From contig CAZSHG010000001.1 in NCBI GenBank assembly GCA_964606695.1, forward strand, positions 22,239-86,238: 64,000 nucleotides of DNA, in the 5' to 3' direction. The translations under genes were made by a program, and so were the position numbers. This DNA is from an uncultured bacterium. GTDB lineage: Bacteria > UBP14 > UBA6098. This document shows, piece after piece, positions 38,070 through 47,306 of the stretch. Under the pieces are notes generated by a model. It did not search any database, was not told the DNA's origin, and saw nothing but the letters and a program-made list of their open reading frames with translations. Numbering within the stretch: the first letter of the stretch is position 1; each line of letters starts with the position of its first letter.

Positions 38070-38759
38070 CTAGGCTTCCTCTGTTTCTTCCTTTTTTTTC
38101 GTTTCGGCTTCGCCTTCCGCCTCTTCGCCCTCGACCGCTTCACCTTCCTCGACACCTTCGACTTCGAGTTCCTCTTCTTCCACTTCCTCTTCGACTTCGA
38201 TAATGGCCTTAGGTTTGATGATAGAAGCTACTGTAAGATCCGGGTCGTCCACTATTTCTACATCTTCGGGAACTATGATATCCCGGACGTGGATCGCCTT
38301 ATCTTCCGTTAGCTCAGTAATATCAACCTGGATCGACGGCGGCATGTCAGTCGGAGTAGCTTTAACAGTAATTTGATGGACGTTTGCCATAAACAAGCCC
38401 TCTGCGGAGGCCCCCACAGCCTCTCCAACGAACTCTAACGGAACCGGGACTTCGATAACCTGTCCCTTTTCGATTGCTTTGAAGTCTATATGCAATATCC
38501 GATCGGTAACCGGATGATGTTGGACTTCGGCTATAAGACTGAGTTGAGGTTTTCTGTCCTCGATCTCCAGCTGAATCAACGAATGTTCTCCAGCTGTTCT
38601 AATCAAATTCGTAACGATTAGCTCAGGTAGAACGATATGGCTGGTCTCAAGATTAGCTCCGTATAGGACTCCGGGAATAAGGTCATTAGCCCTGTCTATT
38701 TTAGAAGCTCCTTTGCCTTTGTCCACCCGGTCTTGAGCTTTTAGTGTCAGGATTTCCAT
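38070..38759 (-). CDS. rplY: 50S ribosomal protein L25 / general stress protein Ctc, with acidic C-terminal tail
   Basis: N-terminus LKAQDRVDKGKGASKIDRANDLIPGVLYG and the ...HIDF... motif match L25/Ctc. Glu-rich C-terminal extension. Confidence 0.9.
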   Translation of the reverse strand: MEILTLKAQDRVDKGKGASKIDRANDLIPGVLYGANLETSHIVLPELIVTNLIRTAGEHSLIQLEIEDRKPQLSLIAEVQHHPVTDRILHIDFKAIEKGQVIEVPVPLEFVGEAVGASAEGLFMANVHQITVKATPTDMPPSIQVDITELTEDKAIHVRDIIVPEDVEIVDDPDLTVASIIKPKAIIEVEEEVEEEELEVEGVEEGEAVEGEEAEGEAETKKKEETEEA

Positions 38760-38783
38760 TCTATCTCCTTGATTAACAATTAA

Positions 38784-39767
38784 TTACCATAATTCAACGG
38801 AGGCATTCTCGTCAAGGAGAATAGCCACCGATTTCTCGAAATGTATGTTATGAATAGCCATAGCAAAAAAGCTGCCGGTTGGGATAACTTTGATATAATC
38901 CCTTTTCTTATCCTCGGTTAGCGGGATCGAGTCGGTTACAGTTAATAAATCCAACGGCGTGTCATCGAGCCGCTCCATTGCCGGGCCGGAAAGCAGGGGA
39001 TGAGTCGCGCAAATAAATATTTTCTCCGTGCCCTCTTTTCGAAGCATTTTACAGGCTTCGCGCATTGTCCCGGCCGTATCGATAATATCATCGAGCAAAA
39101 TTGCTATCTTCCCTTTGACATCGCCGACTATTTTCAGTGCTTCAGGTTGAAGAGAACCCCTCTTCCTCCTCTTGTAAATCGCCGCTATTTCCATATCCAG
39201 CCTTCTGGCAAGGGTTTCGACCCTTTTCACTCCCCCGATATCCGGGCTGACGATTACTACCCTATCTCTATTATCGCCACCAACAATCGGCAGAATCTCG
39301 CTTTCTATATACCTTTTAAATAACAGATCGGAAACGAGCTGATCCGTCGGAATATCGAAGAAGCCTTGAATTTGGGGCGCGTGCAAGTCCATCGTCAATA
39401 CGCGATGCGCCCCCGCACTGACGATCAGATTCGCTATCAATTTGCTCGATATCGCTACGCGAGGTTCATCCTTTCTGTCCTGTCGGGCGTATCCGTAATA
39501 TGGGATTACCGCCGTTACTCGTTTTGCGCTTGCCCTTCGGGCCGCGTCTATCATAATCAACAGTTCAAAGATGTTATCCGACGGCGGAAACGTCGGCTGG
39601 ACGATGAATACATCCATACCGCGGACGTTCTCCTCGATTTTAAACCTGATTTCACCGTCGTTGAAATTAGTCAACAGCGTTTTACAGGGGTCTAACCCCA
39701 GATGATGGGCTATATCGAGCCCGAGCTGTGGATTGGCTCTACCGATAATGAGTTTCAGATTCTTCAA
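38784..39767 (-). CDS. prs: Ribose-phosphate pyrophosphokinase (PRPP synthetase)
   Basis: Motifs NFNDGEIRFKIEENVRGMDVFIVQ, YYGYARQDRK and the PRPP-binding loop DDIIDTAGT. TTG start at 39767 (MKNLKLIIG...) has GAGG 5 nt upstream. The ORF-track extension upstream would overlap the tRNA. Confidence 0.85.
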   Translation of the reverse strand: MKNLKLIIGRANPQLGLDIAHHLGLDPCKTLLTNFNDGEIRFKIEENVRGMDVFIVQPTFPPSDNIFELLIMIDAARRASAKRVTAVIPYYGYARQDRKDEPRVAISSKLIANLIVSAGAHRVLTMDLHAPQIQGFFDIPTDQLVSDLLFKRYIESEILPIVGGDNRDRVVIVSPDIGGVKRVETLARRLDMEIAAIYKRRKRGSLQPEALKIVGDVKGKIAILLDDIIDTAGTMREACKMLRKEGTEKIFICATHPLLSGPAMERLDDTPLDLLTVTDSIPLTEDKKRDYIKVIPTGSFFAMAIHNIHFEKSVAILLDENASVELW

Positions 39768-39784
39768 TTTGACCTCATATTTAT

Positions 39785-39855
39785 TCTGGGGTGGGAGGAT
39801 TCGAACCTCCGATAACGGGTCCAAAGCCCGTTGGCTTGCCACTTGCCGACACCCC
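39785..39855 (-). tRNA. tRNA-Gln (anticodon UUG)
   Basis: Manually folded cloverleaf: 7-bp acceptor stem with U1-A72 pair and G73 discriminator (as in E. coli tRNA-Gln). 3-bp D-stem with GG in the D-loop. Anticodon stem ACGGG/CCCGU with loop CUUUGGA. T-loop UUCGAAU. CCA not encoded. Confidence 0.8.
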
Positions 39856-39897
39856 ATCGATTAGTTGAAGATGCGGCTGATTGCTAACACCCTTAAA

Positions 39898-40749
39898 TCA
39901 ATTATCCAGTTTTATTGGCGTAACAACTTCGCACCACATATCATTGAACTTATCCAGCGCAATTTGCGCGGTTTCGATATTTTCAAAAAATCCAAACAAA
40001 GCACTACCACTCCCGGTTAAAGCCGCGTGTAGTGCTCCATTCGAGATAAGCCTATCCAATATCCTTTTTGCCGCCGGATAATCATCAAAAAACACGGTTT
40101 GCAGGTCGTTACCTATCCTGCAGGCCTTCAATGCGGAATCCGGCAGGCGTAAACGTGAAATAATATTCTCCCTGCCGCCTTTTGTCAAGCCTTTTTTGGC
40201 GATATTATATGCCCGCGCGGTGGACATACCATAAAGCGGTTTGACAAGGAGAAAAGCGTAATCTTTATCGACATCGATATCCCGAACTATTTCGCCCCTG
40301 CCCGTAATCAAACTCGAACCGCTTCCGAAAAAGAACGGGACGTCACTGCCGACGATTCCCCCGATTTTGGCGAGGGTGGCACTATCCAGATCGAGATTGT
40401 AAATATCTCGAAGCCCCATTAATACCGTAGCCGCGTCGGAACTGCCTCCGCCGAGCCCGCTCTGGACGGGAATTCTCTTCCCTAAGTGAATTCCGGCACC
40501 CAATTCCGAACCGACAACCTGACATAAGGCCGCCCAGACTTTGGCAACCGTATTGCTTTCATCGAGTGGCAGAGAAGGATCGTTGGAAGATAATGCGAGA
40601 CCGGAATCCGTTTTTTCGATATCGATTCGGTCGAAAAGCGAAACGGCCTGGACTATCGACCAGATGTCGGTGTAACCGTCGGGACGTTCGCCAACAAGGC
40701 GTAAGCATAAATTAACTTTAGCGGGCGCTTTGAGACTCAGGCTTTTCAT
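39898..40749 (-). CDS. ispE: 4-diphosphocytidyl-2-C-methyl-D-erythritol kinase
   Basis: GHMP-kinase motifs APAKVNLCLRLVGERPDGY and IPVQSGLGGGSSDAATVL. Confidence 0.9.
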   Translation of the reverse strand: MKSLSLKAPAKVNLCLRLVGERPDGYTDIWSIVQAVSLFDRIDIEKTDSGLALSSNDPSLPLDESNTVAKVWAALCQVVGSELGAGIHLGKRIPVQSGLGGGSSDAATVLMGLRDIYNLDLDSATLAKIGGIVGSDVPFFFGSGSSLITGRGEIVRDIDVDKDYAFLLVKPLYGMSTARAYNIAKKGLTKGGRENIISRLRLPDSALKACRIGNDLQTVFFDDYPAAKRILDRLISNGALHAALTGSGSALFGFFENIETAQIALDKFNDMWCEVVTPIKLDN

Positions 40750-40839
40750 ACGTATAATATATATTGAGAACTCGCGATTTCAAGTGAATTAGCTTCGAGT
40801 TTGCTTGCGATAAATCCTCAGTTGAGTTATATTGGAATT

Positions 40840-41397
40840 ATGAAAAAACTTATCTCGATATTATTAATTATCCTCACATGCTTCCCAGGTTTCGAGGAGC
40901 GAATAATCGAAACCTGGGAAGAAAGAGATTTCTTTTCCGCAGATATCACCCGTCTCGATATCACGCCTATCGACACGGTTACCGATACCGGGAATTTCAT
41001 TCTGGCGAACCAGAATTTCCTTTTCGATACGGAAACCGAGTTAATCGCGTTCGCCAACGACACGCTTTACACCTATTCACAGGGCTCGGATGTCGGAGTC
41101 AAATCACCGGTCGAGGAATTCGTTTACGCCGATATAAGTGTTCTCATCAGTCGATTACGAGAAGATTTCGAGTTAGGATATATCCCCTCCGATAGCGGTT
41201 TATCTGTAGTCGGCAATGGCGGCAAAGGCAATGTTGTTCGTTTCAGAGCTATTCTCGACGATGATTTTCTGCCCGAGAGAGTTTCCTGGGTCGATATTTT
41301 CGATAACGAGGTAGTCTTGATCTTCGACAACATATCGACTGAAAACAAAGACGCGAAAATCAAACCTCCGCAGGGAATAGAATTTATTCTGGAGTAA
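40840..41397 (+). CDS. Hypothetical secreted/lipoprotein-like protein (about 185 aa)
   Basis: Signal peptide MKKLISILLIILTCF. No recognisable motif. Located directly upstream of kdsB. Start moved to the internal ATG that precedes the signal peptide. Confidence 0.45.
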   Translation: MKKLISILLIILTCFPGFEERIIETWEERDFFSADITRLDITPIDTVTDTGNFILANQNFLFDTETELIAFANDTLYTYSQGSDVGVKSPVEEFVYADISVLISRLREDFELGYIPSDSGLSVVGNGGKGNVVRFRAILDDDFLPERVSWVDIFDNEVVLIFDNISTENKDAKIKPPQGIEFILE

Positions 41398-41403
41398 TAA
41401 CTC

Positions 41404-42165
41404 ATGAGTATCCTGGCGGTCATTCCCGCACGATATAATTCCACACGCTTACCGGGCAAGGCTATCGTAGATATCGCCGACAAGCCGATGATTCAATGGG
41501 TTTGGGAAGCAGTAACCGCATCACATGCCATAGATACCGTTTTTTTAGCGACGGACGATGACCGCATTCGGAAGGTAGCGGTAGATTTCGGCGCGAATGT
41601 CGTAATGACATCGGCGGATTGTGCCAGCGGCACGGAAAGGGTATGCGAGGTCATCGGTCAAATCCCTCATGCCGAACAGAACGAATGGGTAATCAACATC
41701 CAGGGAGACGAACCGCTGATCGAACCTCCAATCCTGGATAAATTCGTCTATTCACTCGAAAACACGGAAGCCCCTATGGCGACAATCATCGCGGAGTGCG
41801 AGAATACTGAAATCTCAGATCCCGCTACGGTAAAAGTGGTTATCGACAGGAATTCCAATGCACTCTATTTTTCCCGAAGCGCAATACCTCATTTCACGGG
41901 AGATATCCCGCCGCGGCTCTATAAACATATCGGAATCTACGCTTACCGTCCCGGGTTTCTAACCGAATTTCGCCGTTTACAACCGTCTCCCCTCGAACTT
42001 GCGGAAAAACTCGAACAACTCCGCGCCCTGGAAAACGGCTACGATATACATTGTATCAATATACCCGAAACGAAAAAACTTATAGGGGTCGATACCGAAC
42101 CCGACCTGGAAAAAATCCGCTCTATATTGCAAAATCCGGGCGCCGAGCACGACCCCCACAACTAA
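41404..42165 (+). CDS. kdsB: 3-deoxy-manno-octulosonate cytidylyltransferase (CMP-KDO synthetase)
   Basis: N-terminus ILAVIPARYNSTRLPGKAIVDIADKPMIQWVWE is canonical for KdsB. Confidence 0.9.
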   Translation: MSILAVIPARYNSTRLPGKAIVDIADKPMIQWVWEAVTASHAIDTVFLATDDDRIRKVAVDFGANVVMTSADCASGTERVCEVIGQIPHAEQNEWVINIQGDEPLIEPPILDKFVYSLENTEAPMATIIAECENTEISDPATVKVVIDRNSNALYFSRSAIPHFTGDIPPRLYKHIGIYAYRPGFLTEFRRLQPSPLELAEKLEQLRALENGYDIHCINIPETKKLIGVDTEPDLEKIRSILQNPGAEHDPHN

Positions 42166-42399
42166 ACGACCTATGATTTCATTCAACATCACCAGACCTC
42201 CCCGAATATCTCACCTCAACCACAACCGGGTCGTGCAGGGCAAATCGTTTCCCCGTAGAGATCTTAAATACTTTGAGTATAGTTCAATACGACATAAATA
42301 GAAACAATTCAAAAGGTAGCGCCGATTTGCCCGCCTTCGGCGAAGACCATATTATTATAATGTAACCGCCGAAGGCCGGCGCCCGGAAAGCCGCGAATT

Positions 42400-43653
42400 A
42401 TGAGAAAATTCCTATTAATCCTGACGATCTCCACCACTATACTTTTCGCCCAGATCGATTCCGTCCGTTTTTTCGCGTATCAGATACAGATGCTCGACGA
42501 ACCGGGCGCGATAGATTCCATAGTAGAATCGAGATACGATATGGTCATCCTCGAACCTACTCGCACGGAACGGGGGATGGAGGATTTCGACGCACGCGGT
42601 ATGGTCGCAACGATAGAATCCTCACCGGGAAGTTATCTGGAAAATAAAATTACTCTCGCCTATATCGATATCGGCGAAGCGGAGGACTGGCGATACTACT
42701 GGGAACCCTGGTGGGTGCCGCCAACAGAAACGGAACCCGGAATACCGGATTTTATGGTAACAGCCGATCCAGACGGTTGGGAGGGAAATTATCCGGTGGC
42801 TTATTGGGACATTAGATGGCAAAATATAATGGTCAATGACGATTCGAGTATGCTCCGTAGGATCATCGCGGACGGATTCGACGGTATCTATATTGATTGG
42901 GTAGAGGCTTACGACGAAACAAGTGTATTAGCACGAGCCGATAGTCTCGGTATAGATGCGGAAAGTGAGATGATAAATTTCATCCGGTCGATCAGAGATA
43001 CAGCACAGTTACTCGACCCGGATTTCATTTTGGTAGCTCAAAATGGAGCCGACCTCAAAGACGGCCATCCCGAATATTTCGATATCATCGATGGCATCGC
43101 GCAGGAGGACCTTTCTTTTTACGGCGAGGCCGACGTCGATTGGGGCGATCCCCTCGGCGGAGATATTCCGCAGGATTCGGAATATCAAACTTACCTGCTC
43201 GGCCTTCTCGACGATTATCTTGCGCACGATATCCCGGTTTTCACCGTAGATTACTGCCTGATACCAGCAAACATAGATTCCGCTTATAATTTCGCCATCT
43301 CCCACGGTTATATCCCCTTCGTTTCGCAGACCTCCCTTTCCCGCCTTCCGAACTATTACCCTCCAGGTTATACCCAAATTTATGAATCGATAAGGTTTCC
43401 GAACAGGCAAAAAATATTCGCGCATCCGAATCCCTTTAATTCAACCGTTCGAATATCTGTTCCGGGCGATAATTTCGATAATCCAGCTATCGAAATTTAC
43501 GATTTATTCGGAAAAATAATCGCCCGCCTTTCGATAAAAAATAACTCCATGGAATTAACCTGGCATCCCGATAACAACGTTGGGTCGGGGTTGTATTTAA
43601 TCAAAACTCCCTCATCGCCCACCTTCCAGGGAAAGATAATTTATCTGAAATAA
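42400..43653 (+). CDS. GH114/TM1410-like TIM-barrel glycoside hydrolase domain fused to T9SS C-terminal sorting domain
   Basis: Signal peptide. Motif LAYIDIGEAEDWRYYW plus DGIYIDWVEAYDE resembles the GH114 (endo-alpha-1,4-polygalactosaminidase/PelA-hydrolase) family. C-terminus AHPNPFNSTVRISVP...IEIYDLFGKIIARL...SGLYLIKTPSSPTFQGKIIYLK is a T9SS CTD. Confidence 0.6.
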   Translation: MRKFLLILTISTTILFAQIDSVRFFAYQIQMLDEPGAIDSIVESRYDMVILEPTRTERGMEDFDARGMVATIESSPGSYLENKITLAYIDIGEAEDWRYYWEPWWVPPTETEPGIPDFMVTADPDGWEGNYPVAYWDIRWQNIMVNDDSSMLRRIIADGFDGIYIDWVEAYDETSVLARADSLGIDAESEMINFIRSIRDTAQLLDPDFILVAQNGADLKDGHPEYFDIIDGIAQEDLSFYGEADVDWGDPLGGDIPQDSEYQTYLLGLLDDYLAHDIPVFTVDYCLIPANIDSAYNFAISHGYIPFVSQTSLSRLPNYYPPGYTQIYESIRFPNRQKIFAHPNPFNSTVRISVPGDNFDNPAIEIYDLFGKIIARLSIKNNSMELTWHPDNNVGSGLYLIKTPSSPTFQGKIIYLK

Positions 43654-43688
43654 CATATTGACTTTATTCGCTATATCTTTATACTCGA

Positions 43689-44402
43689 ATGCATGATTAT
43701 TCGATGTATAATATCATTCTTATTATAGCCATGATAGTTCAATGCGTATCTTGCAAGGACGTCGAGAAAGGTGAAAAAGAAGAAATGAGTAAACTCAAAC
43801 AGATGAATACCCCAATTTTCTGGGCGGAAGGCCATCCGGGAAAACTGGAAAGAGAAAATTGGGAAATAAAAGTAACCGGATTATGCGATAATCCCCGTAT
43901 TTTCACCTGGGACTATTTGATGAGTATGCCAAAAAGTTACGCCGACGCTCGCCTCACCAGTGTTACCAGATGGTCTGTCGGCGGCAAATGGAGCGGCGTT
44001 AAGCTATCCGACATATTTGATGCAGTCGGCGCCAGCCCGGATGTGAAATACGTTCGATTTTGGTCCTATCGAAAGATCTACGACACAAGCATCCCAATCG
44101 AAATAGCTCGTAAAGAACTAACTCTGCTGGCATGGGAATTCGACGGCGAATACCTGACCGAGAACTACGGCGGTCCGGTGCGGGCATTCGTGCCATATTT
44201 ATGGGGATATAAATCCGCTAAAAGCGTTGTTAAAATCGAGTTGATGGATCACTATGTCCCCGGATATTGGGAAAAGAGAGGTTATTCTGACGAAGCCCAT
44301 ATCGAAGCCGGCAATATCCTGGATGTCAACACTGGCAAACGCCGTCCGATACCCTCGGGCGAAGTTAGGGAGTTCCTGGACGAGAAACCCGATTCCCAAT
44401 AG
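43689..44402 (+). CDS. Molybdopterin-dependent oxidoreductase, sulfite-oxidase family (YedY/MsrP-like catalytic domain)
   Basis: Oxidored_molyb signature TSVTRWSVGGKWSGVKLSDIF...GGPVRAFVPYLWGYKSAKSVVKIEL. Lipoprotein-like N-terminus. Confidence 0.7.
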   Translation: MHDYSMYNIILIIAMIVQCVSCKDVEKGEKEEMSKLKQMNTPIFWAEGHPGKLERENWEIKVTGLCDNPRIFTWDYLMSMPKSYADARLTSVTRWSVGGKWSGVKLSDIFDAVGASPDVKYVRFWSYRKIYDTSIPIEIARKELTLLAWEFDGEYLTENYGGPVRAFVPYLWGYKSAKSVVKIELMDHYVPGYWEKRGYSDEAHIEAGNILDVNTGKRRPIPSGEVREFLDEKPDSQ

Positions 44403-44405
44403 GAT

Positions 44406-44819
44406 ATGAAAATGAAAGTTTTATTTTTATGCACCGGAAATTCCGCTCGTAGCCAGATGGCAGAAGCTATCCTGCGAGACCGCGCTGGAGATAGATTTTA
44501 CGTGCGAAGCGCCGGAATCCAACCGACGGAAGTTAAACCAATGGCAATTAGAGTCCTCCGTGAGAAGAATATCGATACATTGGATCTTCAATCGGAGCAT
44601 ATCGAAAAATATATCGAGGACGATTTCGATTACGTAATTACATTATGCGATCACGCGGCGGAAAACTGCCCGATATTCCCCGGCGACGCAACCCGTTTGC
44701 ACTGGGGATTAGAAGATCCCGCTGAAATCGAAGATCCAGTTCTGCGATTGAGAAAATTCAGGGAAATAAGAGATAAAATCGGGGAAAGAATCGACCACTG
44801 GCTCGCCGAAAGCGATTAA
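44406..44819 (+). CDS. arsC: Arsenate reductase, low-molecular-weight phosphatase family (thioredoxin-coupled ArsC)
   Basis: P-loop CTGNSARS (CX5R) near the N-terminus. Downstream Cys residues (LCDHAAENCP) typical of LMW-PTP-type ArsC. Confidence 0.8.
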   Translation: MKMKVLFLCTGNSARSQMAEAILRDRAGDRFYVRSAGIQPTEVKPMAIRVLREKNIDTLDLQSEHIEKYIEDDFDYVITLCDHAAENCPIFPGDATRLHWGLEDPAEIEDPVLRLRKFREIRDKIGERIDHWLAESD

Positions 44820-45676
44820 TAGGAACGTTCCAGGATAAAATCGGCAATAGTATTGAATGCGGAATTGTCCTTATCCGGCGGCAACGCTTTTTTGGCCTGG
44901 TCTATTAAATCTCTTGCTATCTCGCGGCTCTTCTCGACTCCATAAATCGCCGGATATGTTGTCTTCTGCCGTTCCTGGTCAGACCCGACCGGCTTGCCCA
45001 ACTCCTCCTGATCCGCGACGATATCCAGAATATCATCAACAACCTGGAATGCCAGCCCCATTTTGCGTCCGTATTGCGTAATCGCCATCAAATCCCGTTT
45101 CGAAGCGTCCGCCATAATAGCGCCTACTCGAAGACTTGCGGTTAATAGAATGGCCGTTTTTTTTAGATGGATTTTCTCGACCATTTCCGGCGTAGGCGTT
45201 CTTCCCTCGGCCTCCAGGTCATAAACCTGGCCCCCGACAAGTCCTCCCGTCCCAATTGCCTTAGCGACGTCGGAGATAATTTCAATACGCCCGCCCATCG
45301 CGAGAAATTCAAAAGCCATAGCGTGAAGCGCGTCGCCGGCAAGAATCGCCATAGCGTCGCCGAAAACAACGTGATTGGTCGGTTTCCCGCGTCTTAATTC
45401 GTCGTTGTCCATGCTCGGTAAATCATCGTGAATAAGACTATAAGTGTGAATCAATTCCAATCCACAGGCGGGAGCGTAAATAACGTCCTGATCGCCGCCC
45501 GCCCATCTATATGCCAATACCGCCAGAACCGGCCTTAACCGTTTGCCGCCCGCAAAAACCGAATATCTCATCGCGCGGTGAAGTTCTACTGGCTCCAGAT
45601 CCTCTCCGGGCATAAGGCGATACAACCACTCTTCGACTTTTTCGGCTTCTTTTTTCAGGATTTCGGATGCATCCAT
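44816..45676 (-). CDS. ispA: Polyprenyl diphosphate synthase (farnesyl/geranylgeranyl diphosphate synthase)
   Basis: First Asp-rich motif LIHDDLPSMDNDELRRGKPT and second motif FQVVDDILD. GGKRLRPVL N-terminal motif. Confidence 0.9.
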   Translation of the reverse strand: MDASEILKKEAEKVEEWLYRLMPGEDLEPVELHRAMRYSVFAGGKRLRPVLAVLAYRWAGGDQDVIYAPACGLELIHTYSLIHDDLPSMDNDELRRGKPTNHVVFGDAMAILAGDALHAMAFEFLAMGGRIEIISDVAKAIGTGGLVGGQVYDLEAEGRTPTPEMVEKIHLKKTAILLTASLRVGAIMADASKRDLMAITQYGRKMGLAFQVVDDILDIVADQEELGKPVGSDQERQKTTYPAIYGVEKSREIARDLIDQAKKALPPDKDNSAFNTIADFILERSY

Positions 45677-45763
45677 TTTCTTCTCCTCACGAATTCAATA
45701 TATAATATCCTGGGAAATGAGCAAGACAAATCGCAAAATAACATCGATTAAAAATAGCCCCTG

Positions 45764-45791
45764 TTGACATTTAATTCCCCGCGACTATAAT
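45764..45791 (+). promoter_or_regulatory. Near-consensus sigma70 promoter (TTGACA-16 nt-TATAAT) immediately upstream of hypE
   Basis: TTGACA at 45764-45769 and TATAAT at 45786-45791. The ATG at 45795 lies only 3 nt after the -10, implying a leaderless or near-leaderless transcript. Confidence 0.45.
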
Positions 45792-45794
45792 AAG

Positions 45795-46814
45795 ATGATT
45801 ATGAGATATAAAAAACACGACAGAATCAGACTCATCGACGGCGAAGGCGGCAGAGCGACATCCCGGCTGGTAAGGGAGCTATTTCTCGAAAAATTCGATA
45901 ACCCGTTACTCGCCAAACTCAACGATTCTGCGGTCTGTGATATCGAATCGAACCGAATTGCGTTTACCACGGACGGTTTCGTTATCGATCCGCTGGAATT
46001 CCCCGGCGGAGACATCGGCAAGCTGGCGATATGCGGCACGGTTAATGATCTCGCGACTTCCGGCGCGAAACCCGTGATGCTGTCAGCTTCCTTTATATTA
46101 GAAGAAGGCCTCGAAATCGACCTTCTCGAAAGGGTCGTGAAATCGATGGCGAAAACTGCCGCGGAAGCCGATGTCAAAATAGCCTGCGGCGACACCAAGG
46201 TCGTCCAGAAAGGCAAAGGCGATGGGATTTATATCACTACGACCGGCGTGGGCGTCCTACCGGTAAACCTGACAATCGAACCGTCGCGAATCCGCCCGGG
46301 CGACTCCATTATCGTCAGCGGGCCGATAGCCCAACACGCATCCGCAATAATAGCTCTCCGCGAAGGCCTGAAAGCCGCCCCGCCTATTGAAAGCGACTGC
46401 GCGCCCCTGGGCAAAATGGTTCAGAACGCACTCGAAGACGTCCCCGAAATCCACGCCATGCGCGACCCCACCAGAGGCGGCCTGGGCGGTATCATCCTCG
46501 AACTGGCTACCCAGTCGGGCACTAAAATAATCCTCGAAGAAACAGAAATCCCTATCGAAAATAGAATTCACAACCTATGCGAACTCTACGGCTACGAACC
46601 GCTCTCCATGGCCTGCGAAGGTAGAATGGTGTTCATTCTGCCTGCCGATTCGGCAAGCGAAATGCTAAAATCTTTGCGTGAAAGCCCTTACGGCAAAAGC
46701 GCGAAAATTATCGGGCATGTCGAAAAGGGCGAAGGCGTGACACTCGAAACAAAATCCGGCGGCAGACGCAAGCTGGTTCCCCCGGAAGGTTCCCCTCTGC
46801 CGAGGATTTGCTAA
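45795..46814 (+). CDS. hypE: [NiFe]-hydrogenase maturation protein HypE (AIR-synthase-related)
   Basis: Strong similarity to the HypE N-terminus (DGEGGRATSRLVRELF...FTTDGFVIDPLEFPGGDIGKLAICGTVNDLATSGAKP) and the conserved C-terminal PRIC (the carbamoylated Cys). Confidence 0.85.
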   Translation: MIMRYKKHDRIRLIDGEGGRATSRLVRELFLEKFDNPLLAKLNDSAVCDIESNRIAFTTDGFVIDPLEFPGGDIGKLAICGTVNDLATSGAKPVMLSASFILEEGLEIDLLERVVKSMAKTAAEADVKIACGDTKVVQKGKGDGIYITTTGVGVLPVNLTIEPSRIRPGDSIIVSGPIAQHASAIIALREGLKAAPPIESDCAPLGKMVQNALEDVPEIHAMRDPTRGGLGGIILELATQSGTKIILEETEIPIENRIHNLCELYGYEPLSMACEGRMVFILPADSASEMLKSLRESPYGKSAKIIGHVEKGEGVTLETKSGGRRKLVPPEGSPLPRIC

Positions 46815-46817
46815 ATT

Positions 46818-47306
46818 ATGAAAAAACAAATCATAATATGGTTGATAGTCATTTTAATAGGCTTTGCAAACGCACACAGTCCTATTTCATATTTCAAAAT
46901 CGACCACGATAAATGTATCGGTTGCGGGAAATGTGTTATCCATTGCCCTGTCGATGCCATCGAATTGATAGATGGCAAGGCCGTTATCGATGCCGACAAA
47001 TGCATCAAATGTGGGATGTGCTACAAAATTTGCCCCATAGATGCCATCGATCCAGTTTACCAGAGTGACACCACCACTACCAGAGTCGATTCGGTCGGAA
47101 CCGACAGTCCAACGGGAAAAAACCCCTCCATTGGTCCAGTTACAACCAATTCCTGTTATGGTTGCACTCAAATATGCCCGGCAAATACTATCCAGATAGA
47201 CGATATAAAAGACATCGATCTGATAAAATGCTTGCTTTATGGTAATTCCATCCTTAACTGTCCATCGCAAATCATAATACGCTCTTCTGCCGAAAAGGAT
47301 AGCTGA
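46818..47306 (+). CDS. Membrane-anchored 2x[4Fe-4S] ferredoxin-domain protein with an additional Cys cluster
   Basis: N-terminal hydrophobic helix (IIIWLIVILIGFANA). CIGCGKCVIHCP and CIKCGMCYKICP motifs (two 4Fe-4S clusters). Further CYGCTQICP motif. Confidence 0.75.
   Translation: MKKQIIIWLIVILIGFANAHSPISYFKIDHDKCIGCGKCVIHCPVDAIELIDGKAVIDADKCIKCGMCYKICPIDAIDPVYQSDTTTTRVDSVGTDSPTGKNPSIGPVTTNSCYGCTQICPANTIQIDDIKDIDLIKCLLYGNSILNCPSQIIIRSSAEKDS

Noticed and set aside
38784-39857. Extended prs ORF (357 aa) from the ORF track
   Set aside because: Its 5' 90 nt would run through the tRNA-Gln gene. A TTG with a GAGG Shine-Dalgarno at 39767 gives the family-typical MKNLKLIIG N-terminus, so the CDS was trimmed.
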